64,000 nt of DNA from Octopus sinensis (taxonomy: Eukaryota), in assembly GCF_006345805.1 (NCBI RefSeq), contig NC_043003.1, positions 74,028,001 to 74,092,000 of the forward strand, given 5' to 3'. Under the pieces are notes generated by a model, which was given only the letters and a program-made list of their open reading frames with translations, made no database searches and was not told where the DNA came from. Numbering within the stretch: position 1 is the stretch's first letter; each line of letters starts with the position of its first letter. Made by a program: the position numbers and the translations under genes. Of the stretch, positions 1 through 13,607 are shown one piece after another.

Positions 1-33
<33 letters not shown>

Positions 34-70
34 TAATAATAATAATAATAATATAATAATAATAATAATA
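1..70. repeat. (AAT)n microsatellite
   Basis: Direct AAT run. Further AAT/ACT runs at about 628-865 and 1423-1502. Confidence 0.98.
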
Positions 71-627
71 AATGCCCTGATGCAGTACCAGGCAGTGGCT
101 CTCATGGCTTCTGATCTTAACTGATTCGAAGTGTTATCATGTACATTGTTTTGTCTTGGTATAAAAGATGGGCTACAGCAAATATTATGCTCAATACCAC
201 AGATTTGCTTGTCAGTTGTTTGACCTTAACCAGTTGAGCATGCCCCTTAGTGGCTGACGATATGTGCATCTCTGATCACGAGCAGAAGTAGTGGGGGAGC
301 ATCATAGCCATGTGTTGAGAAGGATTCTTTGGGGTTTGAATAATTCACCTCTGGAAACATAGGTGTTTCGTTCAACGTCCTTAAACAACCCTTATTCAGG
401 GACCTTTTGAGCGGGATGGGCTACTCGATCTGAAGAAAATTCTAACTGGGCTCCACCTGCAAGGTCATGTGCTGTTGATCTTGATATGAGATCACCATGT
501 CGCGCACTTATGGTTGTGATGCATGTGCCTGGTGTACCCTTATCAGACGGGTAGTCATGATGGGTATACTGGGCTTCGTATATTTTACCCCAGTGTCACT
601 TTGATGGCATGCTCTGCTCGCTCACTC
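71..627. mobile_element. About 555-bp interspersed repeat, copy 1, flanked by (AAT)n
   Basis: Aligns end to end with 866-1422 (aaatgcc...ctcact) with scattered substitutions. No coding capacity. Family not identified. Confidence 0.7.
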
Positions 628-703
<76 letters not shown>

Positions 704-718
704 GTAATAGCAGTAGTA

Positions 719-777
<59 letters not shown>

Positions 778-793
778 TAATAATAATAATAAT

Positions 794-865
<72 letters not shown>

Positions 866-869
<4 letters not shown>

Positions 870-1422
870 GCCTTCATGCAGTACCACGCAGTGGCTCTCA
901 TGGCTGCTGATCTTAACTGATTGGAAGTGTTATCAAGTACATTGTTTTGTCTTGGTACAAAAGATGGGCTACAACAAATATTCTGCTTAATACCTCAGAT
1001 TTGCTTGTCAGTCATTTGCCCTTAACCAATTGAGCATGTCCCTTAGTGGCAGACGATATGTGAATTTCTGACCTCGAGCCGAAGTAGTTGGGGAACATCA
1101 TAGCCATGTGTTGAGAGAGATTCTTTGTGGTTTGAAAATTCACCTCTGGAAGCATGGGTGTTTTTTTCAACATCCTTAAACAACCCTTATTCAGGGACCT
1201 TTTGAGCAGGATGGCTCACTCAACCAGAAAAAAGTTCTAACTGGGCTCCATCTGCAGGGTCATGCGCTGTTTAACTTGATATGAGATCACCATGTCGTGC
1301 ACATATTGTTGTGATGCATGTGCCTAGTGTACCCTTATCAGACAGGTGGTCATGATGGGTATACTGGGCTTCGTATATCTTACCCCAGTGTCACTTTGAC
1401 GGCATGCACTGTTCTCTCACTT
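866..1422. mobile_element. About 555-bp interspersed repeat, copy 2
   Basis: Diverged direct copy of 71-627, bounded by (AAT)n and (ACT)n(AAT)n. Confidence 0.7.
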
Positions 1423-1424
1423 AA

Positions 1425-1504
<80 letters not shown>

Positions 1505-1551
1505 TCAAAAAATACCTTCTGAATAAGAACCCATGTTCGAAATTTCCTCAA

Positions 1552-1597
1552 GACACCTGATGAAGGCTGGAGGGTATATCGGCCGAAACGTTGTGTT
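1552..1597 (+). ncRNA. Minimal type I hammerhead ribozyme motif (PLE terminal-repeat type)
   Basis: GACAC-CTGATGA-A-GGCTGG-agggtata-TCGGCC-GAA-ACGT-T-GTGTT. Helix I 5 bp, helix II 6 bp, palindromic ACGT helix III, GUU triplet, one extra A after A9. Confidence 0.7.
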
Positions 1598-1987
1598 AAC
1601 AACAAACAAGATGAGGACAAATATCCGTAAATAATGTAAATAAAGTACATAACTCCTCATCTCTTAAATATAGAACTGTTTTCCATGTTCATTGTTCGGG
1701 CTGACAAATTTTATTTTCTCAAAATATCATTTTAATTACTTTTGGTGGTACAATAGTATAGCATATACTATACTAAAATAATATTTATTTTGTTTAGTTG
1801 CTTATATTTTCTTCTATTGTTCCATTATATGCTAAAGACGGTTGATGTTTTTTACTGTTTCAAAATGTCGTTTGCGAATTCTAGGAATGGTTCCCGGTTT
1901 TTATGTTTACATGATATTATTTCGGAATATATATCAATTATGTTTTCTCTTGATCTAATGATCACTATGGTCTCATCTAGGCATAAA

Positions 1988-2020
<33 letters not shown>

Positions 2021-2249
2021 GACACACACACACATATATACACACACACACATACACACACACAGACACACACACACACACACACAAACACACACGCACG
2101 CACACACACGTGCGCACAGACAAACAAACACACACGCGCATATGCGAGATCAACTCTGCATATGTCCTGGCACACGTAAAGACGCATGCGTGCGAGTAAT
2201 CGAATAAACGCATAAAATCTTTAGAGGGATGTTCATTAAAGAATTCCCC

Positions 2250-3300
2250 TAACACACTTCCCAAGGACTGGAATAAACAAAACTTTGCACAATCACTTGT
2301 CCTTCTGCACATAGCCACCTGCACTGGCGACACACGTGTCCCATCGTTTTATTCATCTGTGAAGACCTCATCTGTAGAAGTCGGTAGGTTGCATCCGGAG
2401 ACAACACTTTACTCCGGAAAAACAGTTCATCACCCGTAAGGTACATTCCCTTCTAAAATAACTACATGGTTGGAAAGAGGTCGGGAGCGTAAGGGGAATG
2501 AGGAATGATTTCATAGCCGCAGGAGTGTGCTTTCATGTGGGAAATATGAGCATTCTGAACCGAGGCTTTGATCTGAGAGCGTTCCGCAGTTTCTGTAGCA
2601 GAGAAGCATAATATGTCCCGTTAAATCTGCTGCCTTTTGCCAGAAAATACATCATTACGACTCCGCGCTACTCGCAAATAACTGTGAGCTATACCAGCTA
2701 AGCGTTGGACACTGACCTTCTTTGTGGGTAGTGAATTATCATGCTTCCATTCCTTCGACTGCACTTTAGTCACAAGCTCGTAGTGATGGACCAAAGTTTC
2801 GACCTGTGTGATAAGTCTGCCGAAAAAGTCCTACTCTTTTTCTTGGCACATTTTCAAAAGAGCATGGGAGCAATTGATTTGTTCCTGTTTCTGAAAAGAT
2901 GTGAGCATCCGAGGAATCTATCGTACAGACAACGTCCACATGTGAAAATGATCGTAAATGATTTTTTCCACGGAGCCTATATCTTCACTTATTCAGCTAT
3001 ACTTATCTTCACGTCTTGCGCTAGTCCTCCAAAATAGCGGCTACCAATTTATGAATGGTTTCGTCATCAATGGCAGAACTTGATCGTCCAGGAAGAGGAG
3101 CAGTTTCCACCGACGTTCGACCACATTTGAATTGGCGATACCCGTGCCTAACGGCGTCGTATGAGGGTGCATCGTCACCGTAAAATTTCATCATATAGAA
3201 AGTCCAATTTGGTGTACGCCCTTTCATGTATTAGAACCTGATCATTGATCTGAATTCAACTGCCGCAATTATAACAACCTAGTCTACGTTGACAGCTTCA
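2250..3300 (-). mobile_element. Mariner (Tc1/mariner) transposon, frameshifted transposase pseudogene
   Basis: Minus-strand peptides YGDDAPSYDAVRHGYRQFKCGRTSVETAPLPGRS (HTH region) and YLTG..F near the C-terminus. The intervening sequence reads as decayed catalytic domain. Element ends are approximate. Confidence 0.85.
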
Positions 3301-5221
3301 CAAATTTAGAATATAAGTATGATTATACCTGTAAAAGTTCCGATCCCTGCAATAACCGGAAGTTGGTCAGGGGAAATCTTTAATGAACGCCCCCGTAAGT
3401 TAGAAATGTTAATGCTATATTTGTATCCATATTGAAATTCTTATAAGAGAGAGATGAAAATTTAAATGTAATATGGTAAACTTGGAAGATGTAAAGTAAT
3501 TAGATGAAGAAAATCAAGCTGTAATAGTAAACAAATTCATATTTGTATTTAATCTAGCATCGTCAATTAGATAATTTATTAAAAGTTGTTACATTTGATA
3601 TATATGTGTCTTATATAAGGTGTGTATTAGCTCAAGGGAGAAAAACATGTCAGTGTATGATGTAGAATAAATCTATGGTAATTCAAAATAAAACACATAT
3701 TCATTGCAAGTAGCTGAATTAGATTTCAAAGAAAAACTAAACTTTAAGGCCCGAGAAAGTGATTAATATGATTGCTCATATTATTATGAATTTATTTATT
3801 TAACTTAGACCAACATACATGTTAATCATTATAAATATACGCATACATGCAGGCATTCACACACATACACACGCACACACGCATGTTAATTGCCATCGCC
3901 AGGTTGGTTTTATATTCCATAAATCATAATAGAATTATAAACGGGCGATATTTTCAACGAGGAACTAACTAGAGCACTGCAACTGGGAACGGGACTAATC
4001 ATTCGAATGGGATTTAATTAAACTATTTTAATCTAAATCATCTTAGTTTATGTTAATCGATATCAGTCCCATTGTATTAAATCTAAGAAGTTATCAGAAT
4101 TGTTACTAGTTATTAAATCAGATTAAATAGCTTTAATACGAATCCATTTACATTCATTTACATTTGTTCGACATCGACCCCCTAGCATTTGGCAATATAT
4201 TAATCGCTGTTGAATTTTTTACACAGGGAATTTCTTATTTCCCATTTTTATTACTCAGGTGTAATATTCCTCTCATAAATGTACTCCCTCTTCTCTTTTA
4301 ATCTACTTCTTCTCAGTTGTGTATGATTCCTTTTTCTTTTGCTGTTTGAGTAGCTTTCATTTACACCTTGCATGCCACCAAGCTTAAACTTCAACACTCA
4401 CCTTGCGGCTCTTAATTTAACTTAATTTGTATCACCGTTTTACTCTCAATTCTTGTTTGTCTATATGATTAGATAAAGTGTTACTAGAGAAGGCAACCAA
4501 TCAATCAACCCAAGATTATATCGGCTATAATATGATATTTGTATGTACGGATGTATGTCCCTTCTGTAATTAATCATTTGAATTCTTCCTCTGAAGAAGG
4601 AGCTGGTTTCTAACGAAGATACGAAGCACCATCTTTGGAATGTAGAAAATTAAAATAATGTGACATTTTACACCTGAGAAACGTCTTGCATAATTTAATG
4701 TTTCACTTACAGATTGTATTTGTAATATGCGAATCGGTTGACGATGGAAGGACACGCTTATCCTGACTGACAATTAGGGATTTACTTGCAAAACTGAATA
4801 GTCTAATTACATGCCATGATGCAAAGCCATTTAATATTTGTTTTGAAAAAATCGGGGGAAAATACACAGCATTTTTAGTATTTTTGTAAATATTCTACTC
4901 CTTGAAACAGACGTTTCTAATATTGAAGAAAAATGAGATTGCAGGAAAATGACATGGTATGGTTATCTCATATTAGTACCGATGAACCAAAATGAAATAG
5001 GTTGCGTAAACAAAAACACGTGATAGTAATGAACCACAAACCACTAATAGTGCTATATGCCTATAAATTTGTCATTAAGGAAGCAATTGCGTAGATAAAT
5101 ATTTCTTATATCACTTCGGTGTTTCCTTGGAAACTGTCCTCTGAAACTTAAATACACACATACATATACATCCATAGAATGTATTTATATGTGAGTTTAT
5201 ACATATAGATATACATACATA

Positions 5222-5397
5222 TAGGCGCGGGAGTGGCTGTGTGGTAAGTAGCTTGCAACCAACCACATGATTCCGGGTTCAGTCCCACTGCGTGGCATCT
5301 TGGGCAAGTGTCTTCTGCTATAGCCCTGGACCGACCGATACCTTGTGAGTGGATTTGGTAGACGGAAACTGAAAGAAGCCTGTCGTATATATGTATG

Positions 5398-5480
<83 letters not shown>

Positions 5481-5680
5481 TGTTTCTTTGTTTGTCCCCC
5501 TAGCATTGCTTGACAACCGATGCTGATGTGTTTACGTCCCCGTTACTTAGCGGTTAGGCAAAAGAGACGGATAGAATAAGTACTGGGCTTACAAAGAAAA
5601 AGTCTCGAGGTCGATTTGCTCGACTGAAAGCGGTGCTCCAGCATGGCCGCAGTCAAATGACTGAAACAAGTAAAGAAAGA
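5222..5680 (+). mobile_element. tRNA-derived SINE with internal (TA)n(TG)n
   Basis: A box TGGCTGTGTGG (5234-5244), B box GGTTCAGTCCC (5276-5286), SINE body and AAAG-type tail. Confidence 0.85.
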
Positions 5681-8679
5681 GTACATGCATTTTTACATGC
5701 ATATATATGTATACATACACACATACACACACACACACACAAACACACACATATATAATACCCGAAAGTCTGTCTGCGCGTGTGTTAATACCTATCTATG
5801 TATGAAATGTAGTTGATTCTATTTTGTACATGATTGTCATTCAATGTTACTTTAATATTATTCGTTTTGTGGGGTAAGATGTAAAAAACAGACGAAATAT
5901 AACCGTCTCTTTGATATCAAAACACAGAAATGTCACTATTAGTTCTGTTTACTTCTTACGCCTATATATGTAATATAATTCTTTTTTCAACATTTTCTAG
6001 ATATTTCTGTATATATAAAAAAAAAAACTGGATTTGAATCCATATAATTCCATGTCTTTTTTACGAAGAAATGTAGATAGTAGGTGTCAGGTATATTGTT
6101 TCAAATACAAAGATACTACAAAAGAGTTTTTAATAGCATTTTTCCTGAAAATAATCTGGTAAAGCATACAATTTTCTATGTCTGAATATGATGCAGTGTT
6201 TTTGTAAATAATCGTGGTTGCTTATGTTGTACTTCATTTAGTACGCCTTCTTTCCGTATGGCATTTTGTATTTGATGCTTTATACTTTATTTTCTTTTTG
6301 TTTTTTTTTCTTTATTGCTCTTTCTTTCACATGTTTGTATGTTTCATTGTGATATTATCTGTTTCTCTTTTCCTTTTACTCAGGTTTTCTTTCACAGTTA
6401 TATATTTCCGTTTTCTTTTCTGCATGAATAGTGTCCGTTATCTTTGTTTCGTGTTGACAATTTATTGCATTTCTTGCACATACTAGCCCAGGTTTTCGAC
6501 TCATAGTACTTTAACTAACAGGCATCATCATTTTCTGTATTCTGACAACACTTTAAAATACATGTGTTTCATAATTCGTGTACAAATTACCCTCATACTT
6601 ACAAAAGAAATATAGAAATGATTTTAAACGTTGTGATACAAATGTATTTTCCAAGGAGAAAAAGCAACTCACATGAAGTTTGGAAACAATTTGAATTTTA
6701 TCTATTGTTTTTGTTGCTGCTTCTACAGTGTTCAGCCATCAGGTAAGTCGAGATCAGACTGACCTATGAGCAAAATATGAAAGGCAAGGTACACCCCAAA
6801 GTTTCATGTAAGTTAAGAAAAGATTGCATGATCTTAAGTAATAATTTAGAACACAGAGAAAATCTCTAAGCATTTACTTAAAATTGTTGAAATTTCAGGT
6901 GTGCACGATTTACATTTTGGCGTAATTGTGGATTAAATAATATGCAAAACTGTATCATTTCTAGATTATTCATCTGCATATATAAACTAAACATTCTCTT
7001 TAGAAACTTTGATGTTACAAGTATCTTAGTATGAATAAATAAACCAACTATCTATGTTTCTAAGATGCATTTTGCCTACAGGAAATTTAGAAGATATTGA
7101 AATGACATCTATGAAGAGATTACACAGGGAATATCTAAGGCAAAAGAACTGGAATACTGCAAGTGAGAATGTGAGTAGTTAATCAAATGAGATTTAATTA
7201 AATTATTTTACTCTATATAAACTTAGTTTACCTTAATGGATATCAAACTCAGTGTATAAAATCTTGGAAGTTAAAGGACAATTTATTAGTTATTAAATCA
7301 GATTAAATCTGTTTAATACAAAAGCATTTAAATTCATCTACATTATATCGACATGGACACCCTGTATATATCTCAAGAACAAGTTTTATAGATAAAAAAG
7401 GCGAAAAATCATATATTTATAGCACAATATCACACGAAAGTGGTGCTTGTCGCAAATTAACTAAAATTCGGGGGCATGAAAACATAAGGGACGAGGAAAA
7501 TTGCATCATGAAATACCAAGAAAACAAAAACACTATTATAAAGTAACATAACAACGCTAAGAGTACTAATGAATTAGTAAAAGTATACCTGTTAAGTGCA
7601 TTACACTCTACACGCCAGACGGCAATTTGATTGGACAACTCACACAAAACATTCTACACACAACACAGAGAGCATGAATTGTTTACCTTTACGACCCAAA
7701 GAATTCCAAGAGTTACTCAAGTTACTACAGAGAAACTGACCACAATAGTATAAATACTTAATCTACAAAATCCGCCGTCAGTAAAATGAGAAAATATATA
7801 CTTACATACTTACATGTTGCAACTTATATGTTGCTACTCTGTAGCAGTCTTACATATCACATTCTGCATAAGTCAATTCGTTTACACATACGAAATATAA
7901 TGACAAAAATGCATAGTAACATCAGTCATATTCTATACTATATAGAATAACAAATGAAAAATGTAAAAATAGAAATGGCAATAGAAATACAAAACCAATT
8001 ATGTATAAGACATAAAGGAATTATCTACATAAAAAATATAAAGTAGAAACAGCCTTTCTTTCATTGGAGTTTAACTCGCAGAGAAGAAGAATGTATCACG
8101 AAATCATAGGAAATAGAATACCGAAAGAAAAATAATATCGAAAACATATTTTGCTTTTTTGCTGCAACTATCTCCCAACACTTCGCCAGTATTTCTGTCG
8201 ACACTAAATTTACGTTGTTATACCTCACCCATATTCCTGTTTACCAACAATACCAATATTGTTCCATGGTCATCTAACGATGTGAAATTCTTCGAAATAT
8301 AGACTTTGATATGACCTGCTTTTTTTCGTGAATGCAGTGGAGTGTGTCCTAAAATCACTATGTTTGGGCATAGACTTACACCAAAAGAGGTTTCAAGCTT
8401 TCGAAACATCTCTTTCATAATGAATGCCACTGCCCCATTGTAAAAATGGGTTTGTGAAGAGTGCAAATGTGGCAGAGTTAAACTTCGATATTCTTTTCTT
8501 CAGTTAGATAATAAGGTTCATGATATTGATTAAACCCTTTCATTTCAAAGTTGCTCGTCGTTTGTATGTATTAGAATCACTCATCATCATCATTACTAGC
8601 AGCAACATCAGCAGCAGTAGCATCATCATCAGTATCATTGTTGATGTTGTTCTCTTTTCTTAAGACAGCGTTCTGGTTG

Positions 8680-8860
8680 GATCTTCAGATTGTTGAAAAC
8701 AATGCTGAACAGTATTATTTTTGCCTCTTCGTTTTGATTTCAAATTCCTATCAGGTTCAGTTGGCCTTTCATCTTTTCCAGGTCGATAAAATAAGTTCCA
8801 CTTAAACAGTGGAGTTAATACAATCTACTCACCTTTTTTATATTGATGGCCTTGTATAAA
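8680..8860 (+). mobile_element. Degenerate SINE fragment (family of 43540/46843)
   Basis: ttcaaattcc...ggcctttcatcttttccaggtcgataaaataagt matches the other copies in this window. Confidence 0.55.
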
Positions 8861-10232
8861 AATTTGAGAAAATATTAATGTTATATATAGCTGTTGGGTT
8901 TTGTTGGAACGAACGGATTACATCTCGGGCTTACTAATGGTTCCCAGAATTTCAGTTACAAAAATAGTTTTGTTACTTTGAAAGTAATACTATGTTTAAA
9001 AGTAAAATCGATTTTAACCTAATGTTTCTTTTCCACATGCAATGACATTCAACAAGGGAGGCATCAACTCAAAAACAATTAAAATAGCATTTCTGTTATT
9101 GGGAAGCAAATTAATATGGGGCATGAGCTAAAAACTACTCCATAGAAACATTTACCTTTTCAGAAGAAAATAATTCGTTTTTAATATTCTACATATTTTG
9201 GGGGGCGACCAGAGAAGACACACGAAGAGATAAAGAAATCTCGTCTGAAACACATGGACTTATATCCCCTCCAGCTGTCTCACGTGGTGACATACTGATT
9301 ATAACAATATTAGACTAAATTGTACTGAAAAGAACTTCATATCCTCACTGAAGGAATATACCGAAAAACGGGAAAGGAAAATATTCATGTGCAATTATAA
9401 CAAAAAATCCCTGCAACACAAGAAATAAAGAAAACAATGTCGAACGTCTAGACCTGTATTATTCATATCCAAAAAATGTCTGACTTTCGAAACCGAAGAA
9501 ATTCACATCCTCTCTCCAACCACTCAGATAGTGTGTGCGATGAAGGTGACCGGTGGGAAGGGAGGTAGACAATGATAAATAGAAGGGAAAATGAAAATTA
9601 TAAGATGACCTACAAACGTCAAAAAGCACGAACTGTTACTAACGAGATGAATATCCTAGAACACTGTCTGTGATCACCAATTCCACAAACAACGCTCCTA
9701 GCTCAAGTCCGCCATCCACCCCATCACCATAGATAACACCAAAATTACCGATACGATCACAAACCAATCTATACCTAAATTAAGAACAAGGACAACAACT
9801 TCAAAAAAACATCATAAGCTCTTCGGTCATTTAGAGAAACAGTTAAGAACGAGTAAACCATATACATCGACAAACAAACAATATCCTCACATCAAGCAGT
9901 ACACAAAGTCCGATATAAATTCTAAAGACAAAGGAAGAAACGAATAGTAAACAAAACAGCAAAATACATCAACGGGAAGAAATATTTCGGGGTATTTTAC
10001 AAAGACTTGATATAGTAAACACTTACAAATATTCGAAAGGAAGGAACACGTCTTAGAGCTTGGATGAAGTAAATAGGTCTCTCTCATCTACTACCTGCTA
10101 TCTAACATAGGATTACTTAAAGTTGGCGATGCGATCATATGTAGGTAGGAGTCGCTCAGGAAGAAGGTGCAAATTTGGTTATACTGAGTGTCACAAAAGT
10201 TGCCTAGTCACAAACATTCATGCCAGTTTGCA

Positions 10233-10285
<53 letters not shown>

Positions 10286-10439
10286 GTGTATGTTTCTACA
10301 AGTAAAGTGAAACAGGCGGGCAATCTGCAGTATCATTTCGGAAAAGTTGGATGACAAGATACGGAATATATATATATATACAATTGCGACGACTTTCTTG
10401 GGGACACTGCTCGCTGACCTCCTCCGTTTCACTTTCGTG

Positions 10440-10660
10440 TCGGATCATTGATAACATGAGCATTGTCGATTTTGGATACATTCTACAGGTAAGGAGAGCG
10501 GTTAGCCGGACATGCCCGAAATGCGCACTGACCGACGAAAATGTTCTGCCCATTCTTACGACGAAAGTATTCAGCCCAATGCTTAGGCATTGCTATCTAG
10601 TGAGTTTATGTCGTACACCTGCAGCAACAAAAATGACGGATTTTCCTATCGGGTAAGTTT
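10440..10660 (-). mobile_element. Possible decayed PLE GIY-YIG fragment
   Basis: MGRTFSSVSAHFGHVR resembles the G-T-R...EH segment of GIY-YIG nucleases. Weak match. Confidence 0.3.
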
Positions 10661-11122
10661 ATTCTGAAGATCGTCCCAACACTTCCCTTTGACCGGAAAG
10701 TGCATTGATTATTTGTCTGGTGGCCTTAGCGAAAGAGTTTGTTAAGTGGATTGAATGTGCTGAAGAAAGACCTCCTTTCTCTTTGTCCAAGCCCAAGTGA
10801 GGGTAAAGAGGAACATGCTGCTTCCCAGTATTCTTGTTGGAAGCTGGGTGAATATGGGGACAATTATCGGGCTTACCTTAAATATGCGCTCGTATAATGA
10901 ACGAAAACGATATGGAAGGGGCTGCTGTCCTAATGGTAGGTTCTACTGTGGTTTCGTTGGGTCTCTACTAGCAGTCCTAGGATGTTTTCCTCATTTGGGA
11001 AATTTTTCGCAGTTAAAATTTATATTGAATTCGTTTTCACTGTTTACACGCATCTGTTTGCTTAACCATATATTGTACTGTACCAATGTTTTTTGTGAGC
11101 CATTGTTGATAAATAAAGAAAA

Positions 11123-11265
<143 letters not shown>

Positions 11266-12769
11266 ATTTCTTATTATTGAGATATAAATATTTTTAAATG
11301 ATTATTTCCATTACTTGGTTACTAATTACCTTACCAATGTATTTATTACATGGAAACATCAATTCTGAAAACAAATGCAATATAATAAATATTATTAAGA
11401 AATAGCGTATATGGATAAGAGGAAATAAGTAGCAATTTATCACAATTAATGTTCCACACAATCACAGTAGTATAACCAACAAAGCATTCTATGTAAAAAT
11501 ATAGACAGAATTAATAGTATTAGCAGGAACTATAAACGGTATATTATATTTTTTTTAAAAATGAATTCTCTTTTCAAACTGAATATTAGAAGTTGCATCT
11601 AATAGTCGTCTTATTTATTACATTGGAATGTTCTGTTGGCAAATAAAATATGAAATAAATATATGGAATTTCAATGGTGCTGCACATATTTATACATAGG
11701 CAGATTTTCTATTAAAGATTAACAGCCAAAATGGAGTGTACTAAACAACAGTAGAAAATATACTACATACAAATAGGCTATAAGTTTTGTGGTTTTATTG
11801 GAAATATATATTTGAAACCATAAACATACAAAACAACATAAGTACACAGATACAGAGTAAAAATACATGAACACGCAAATAAAAACTTTACATATAAATT
11901 CAATATACGAGGAAACCCATAAATACACAAAATCCCATAACATTAGAGAACTATATACATTAACTACATACATACAAATATAATATAAAACACATAAACA
12001 TATATGTCAAATAAATTTAAACCGCTCATATAAACGCATATACAAAAATACATCGTAAATATATGTACGTTTAATAATGAAGGAGAAATCTGAAAATAAA
12101 TTGATCAATTACAGTATATTTTACTGATTTTATATTTCAATATAAATTTTGTTTTGTAAATTCAAGCAATATACAAAAAAAAAATATAAATAATTTAAAA
12201 TACTATACATATAAAATTATTTGTCTGATGAGGTTTCTAAAAGTGATATACAATTGTATTATACCAGCAAAGAAAACTACATTGTAATGTCGAGTATATA
12301 AATGCATAACATTACTAAACATATATGTATATTTTAGTTTTTATACCAGAGCACTGAAAAATTGTATCTACACTCAGAAGTAATTTTAAACAGCAGAGAA
12401 AGGTGTAAAACTTTATGAGACGAAAAACAATAAAATTCACAACTGATTAGTAATTAATTCATCGATCACGAAACGATAAATGATAAAACGGACAGTTAAA
12501 ATATTAGAACTTAATAATGAGTAAATGACTATCACACACACACAAAAGCGGATTACCGGCTGCTCCACCAAGTTTGACAACTGAAAGTAGTTTCGTGGTT
12601 GTCTGTAGCAACTCACTCAATCCAATTCATTTTGTATGACCCCGCTATCTATTCACATCCCGCATTATTTCGCGCATAAATTTCTCGGATATTCTAAGAA
12701 TTTATTACCAACGCATTGCAGGATATATCAACTAATTAATGTAGGAGCGTAATTCGTTTCAAATTCTGA

Positions 12770-12900
12770 AACGAAGTCAGTGATTTTAGGGAAGAGTTAA
12801 GTCGATTAGATCGAACCCCACTTCTCAACTCAGGAAATGTGAAAGCCAAAACTCGACCACGGCGGAATTTGAACCCCAGAATGTAAACTAGCTAAGGTTA
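12770..12900 (-). mobile_element. SINE fragment
   Basis: Reverse complement of the ...ttcaaattccgccgtggtcgag... SINE core. Confidence 0.6.
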
Positions 12901-12927
12901 TTTTCCAACTTACAACATATACACACA

Positions 12928-12958
<31 letters not shown>

Positions 12959-12984
12959 CATGTTCATATCGCACCATGAGGTAA

Positions 12985-13341
12985 ATTTATATATGAGGAT
13001 AATATCGATATTTATGTGTCGAAATTATCAAGTGGCCAGCATGAAAGAAATGCCTTACAATGGTAAAAACATTTTTAACAATTAAAAATGAGGGTGTCTA
13101 AAAGACACCAACATGCCGAAATAGCAGTCGAAACTCTGACTATAAAACCACGTTAAATGTTCATATCGCACATGAACATTTAACGTGGTTTTATAGTCAG
13201 AGTTTTGACTGCTATTTCGGCATGTTGGTGTCTTTTAGACACCGTCATTTTTAATTGTTAAAAATTTTTTTACCTTTGTAAGGCATTTCTTTCATGCTGG
13301 CCACTTGATAATTTCGACACTTAAATATCGATATTATCCTC

Positions 13342-13351
<10 letters not shown>
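12985..13351. repeat. 180-bp near-perfect inverted repeat with 7-nt loop
   Basis: Arms 12985-13164 and 13172-13351, about 5 mismatches by eye, loop ATCGCAC. Confidence 0.95.
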
Positions 13352-13389
<38 letters not shown>

Positions 13390-13540
13390 TATATACAAGA
13401 ATATTAAGGAATGGCCTTGATACGCCATTCGACCCACTAGAAAGTGCAGCTAAACTCAAACCGCTAAACAGTTGTAATTCAGAAACCAAAGGAAAATAAA
13501 AACATCTACCCTTATCATCTTTGGACTATGCATAGTTTCG

Positions 13541-13607
<67 letters not shown>

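Noticed and set aside
340-420. Hammerhead-like GAAACA..TGTT on the minus strand of the 555-bp repeat
   Set aside because: Core reads CTGAATAA and helix I does not pair.
3990-4260. Reading frame under a ciliate code (TAA=Gln), or an EGF/LRR exon (NVNEC, IDPLAFGN)
   Set aside because: Stops are expected in AT-rich DNA, there are no proper splice sites, and the duplicate at about 7170 does not conserve a frame.
12224-12300. CTGATGA-GGT...ACC as a hammerhead
   Set aside because: No correctly placed GAAA, helix III or helix I.
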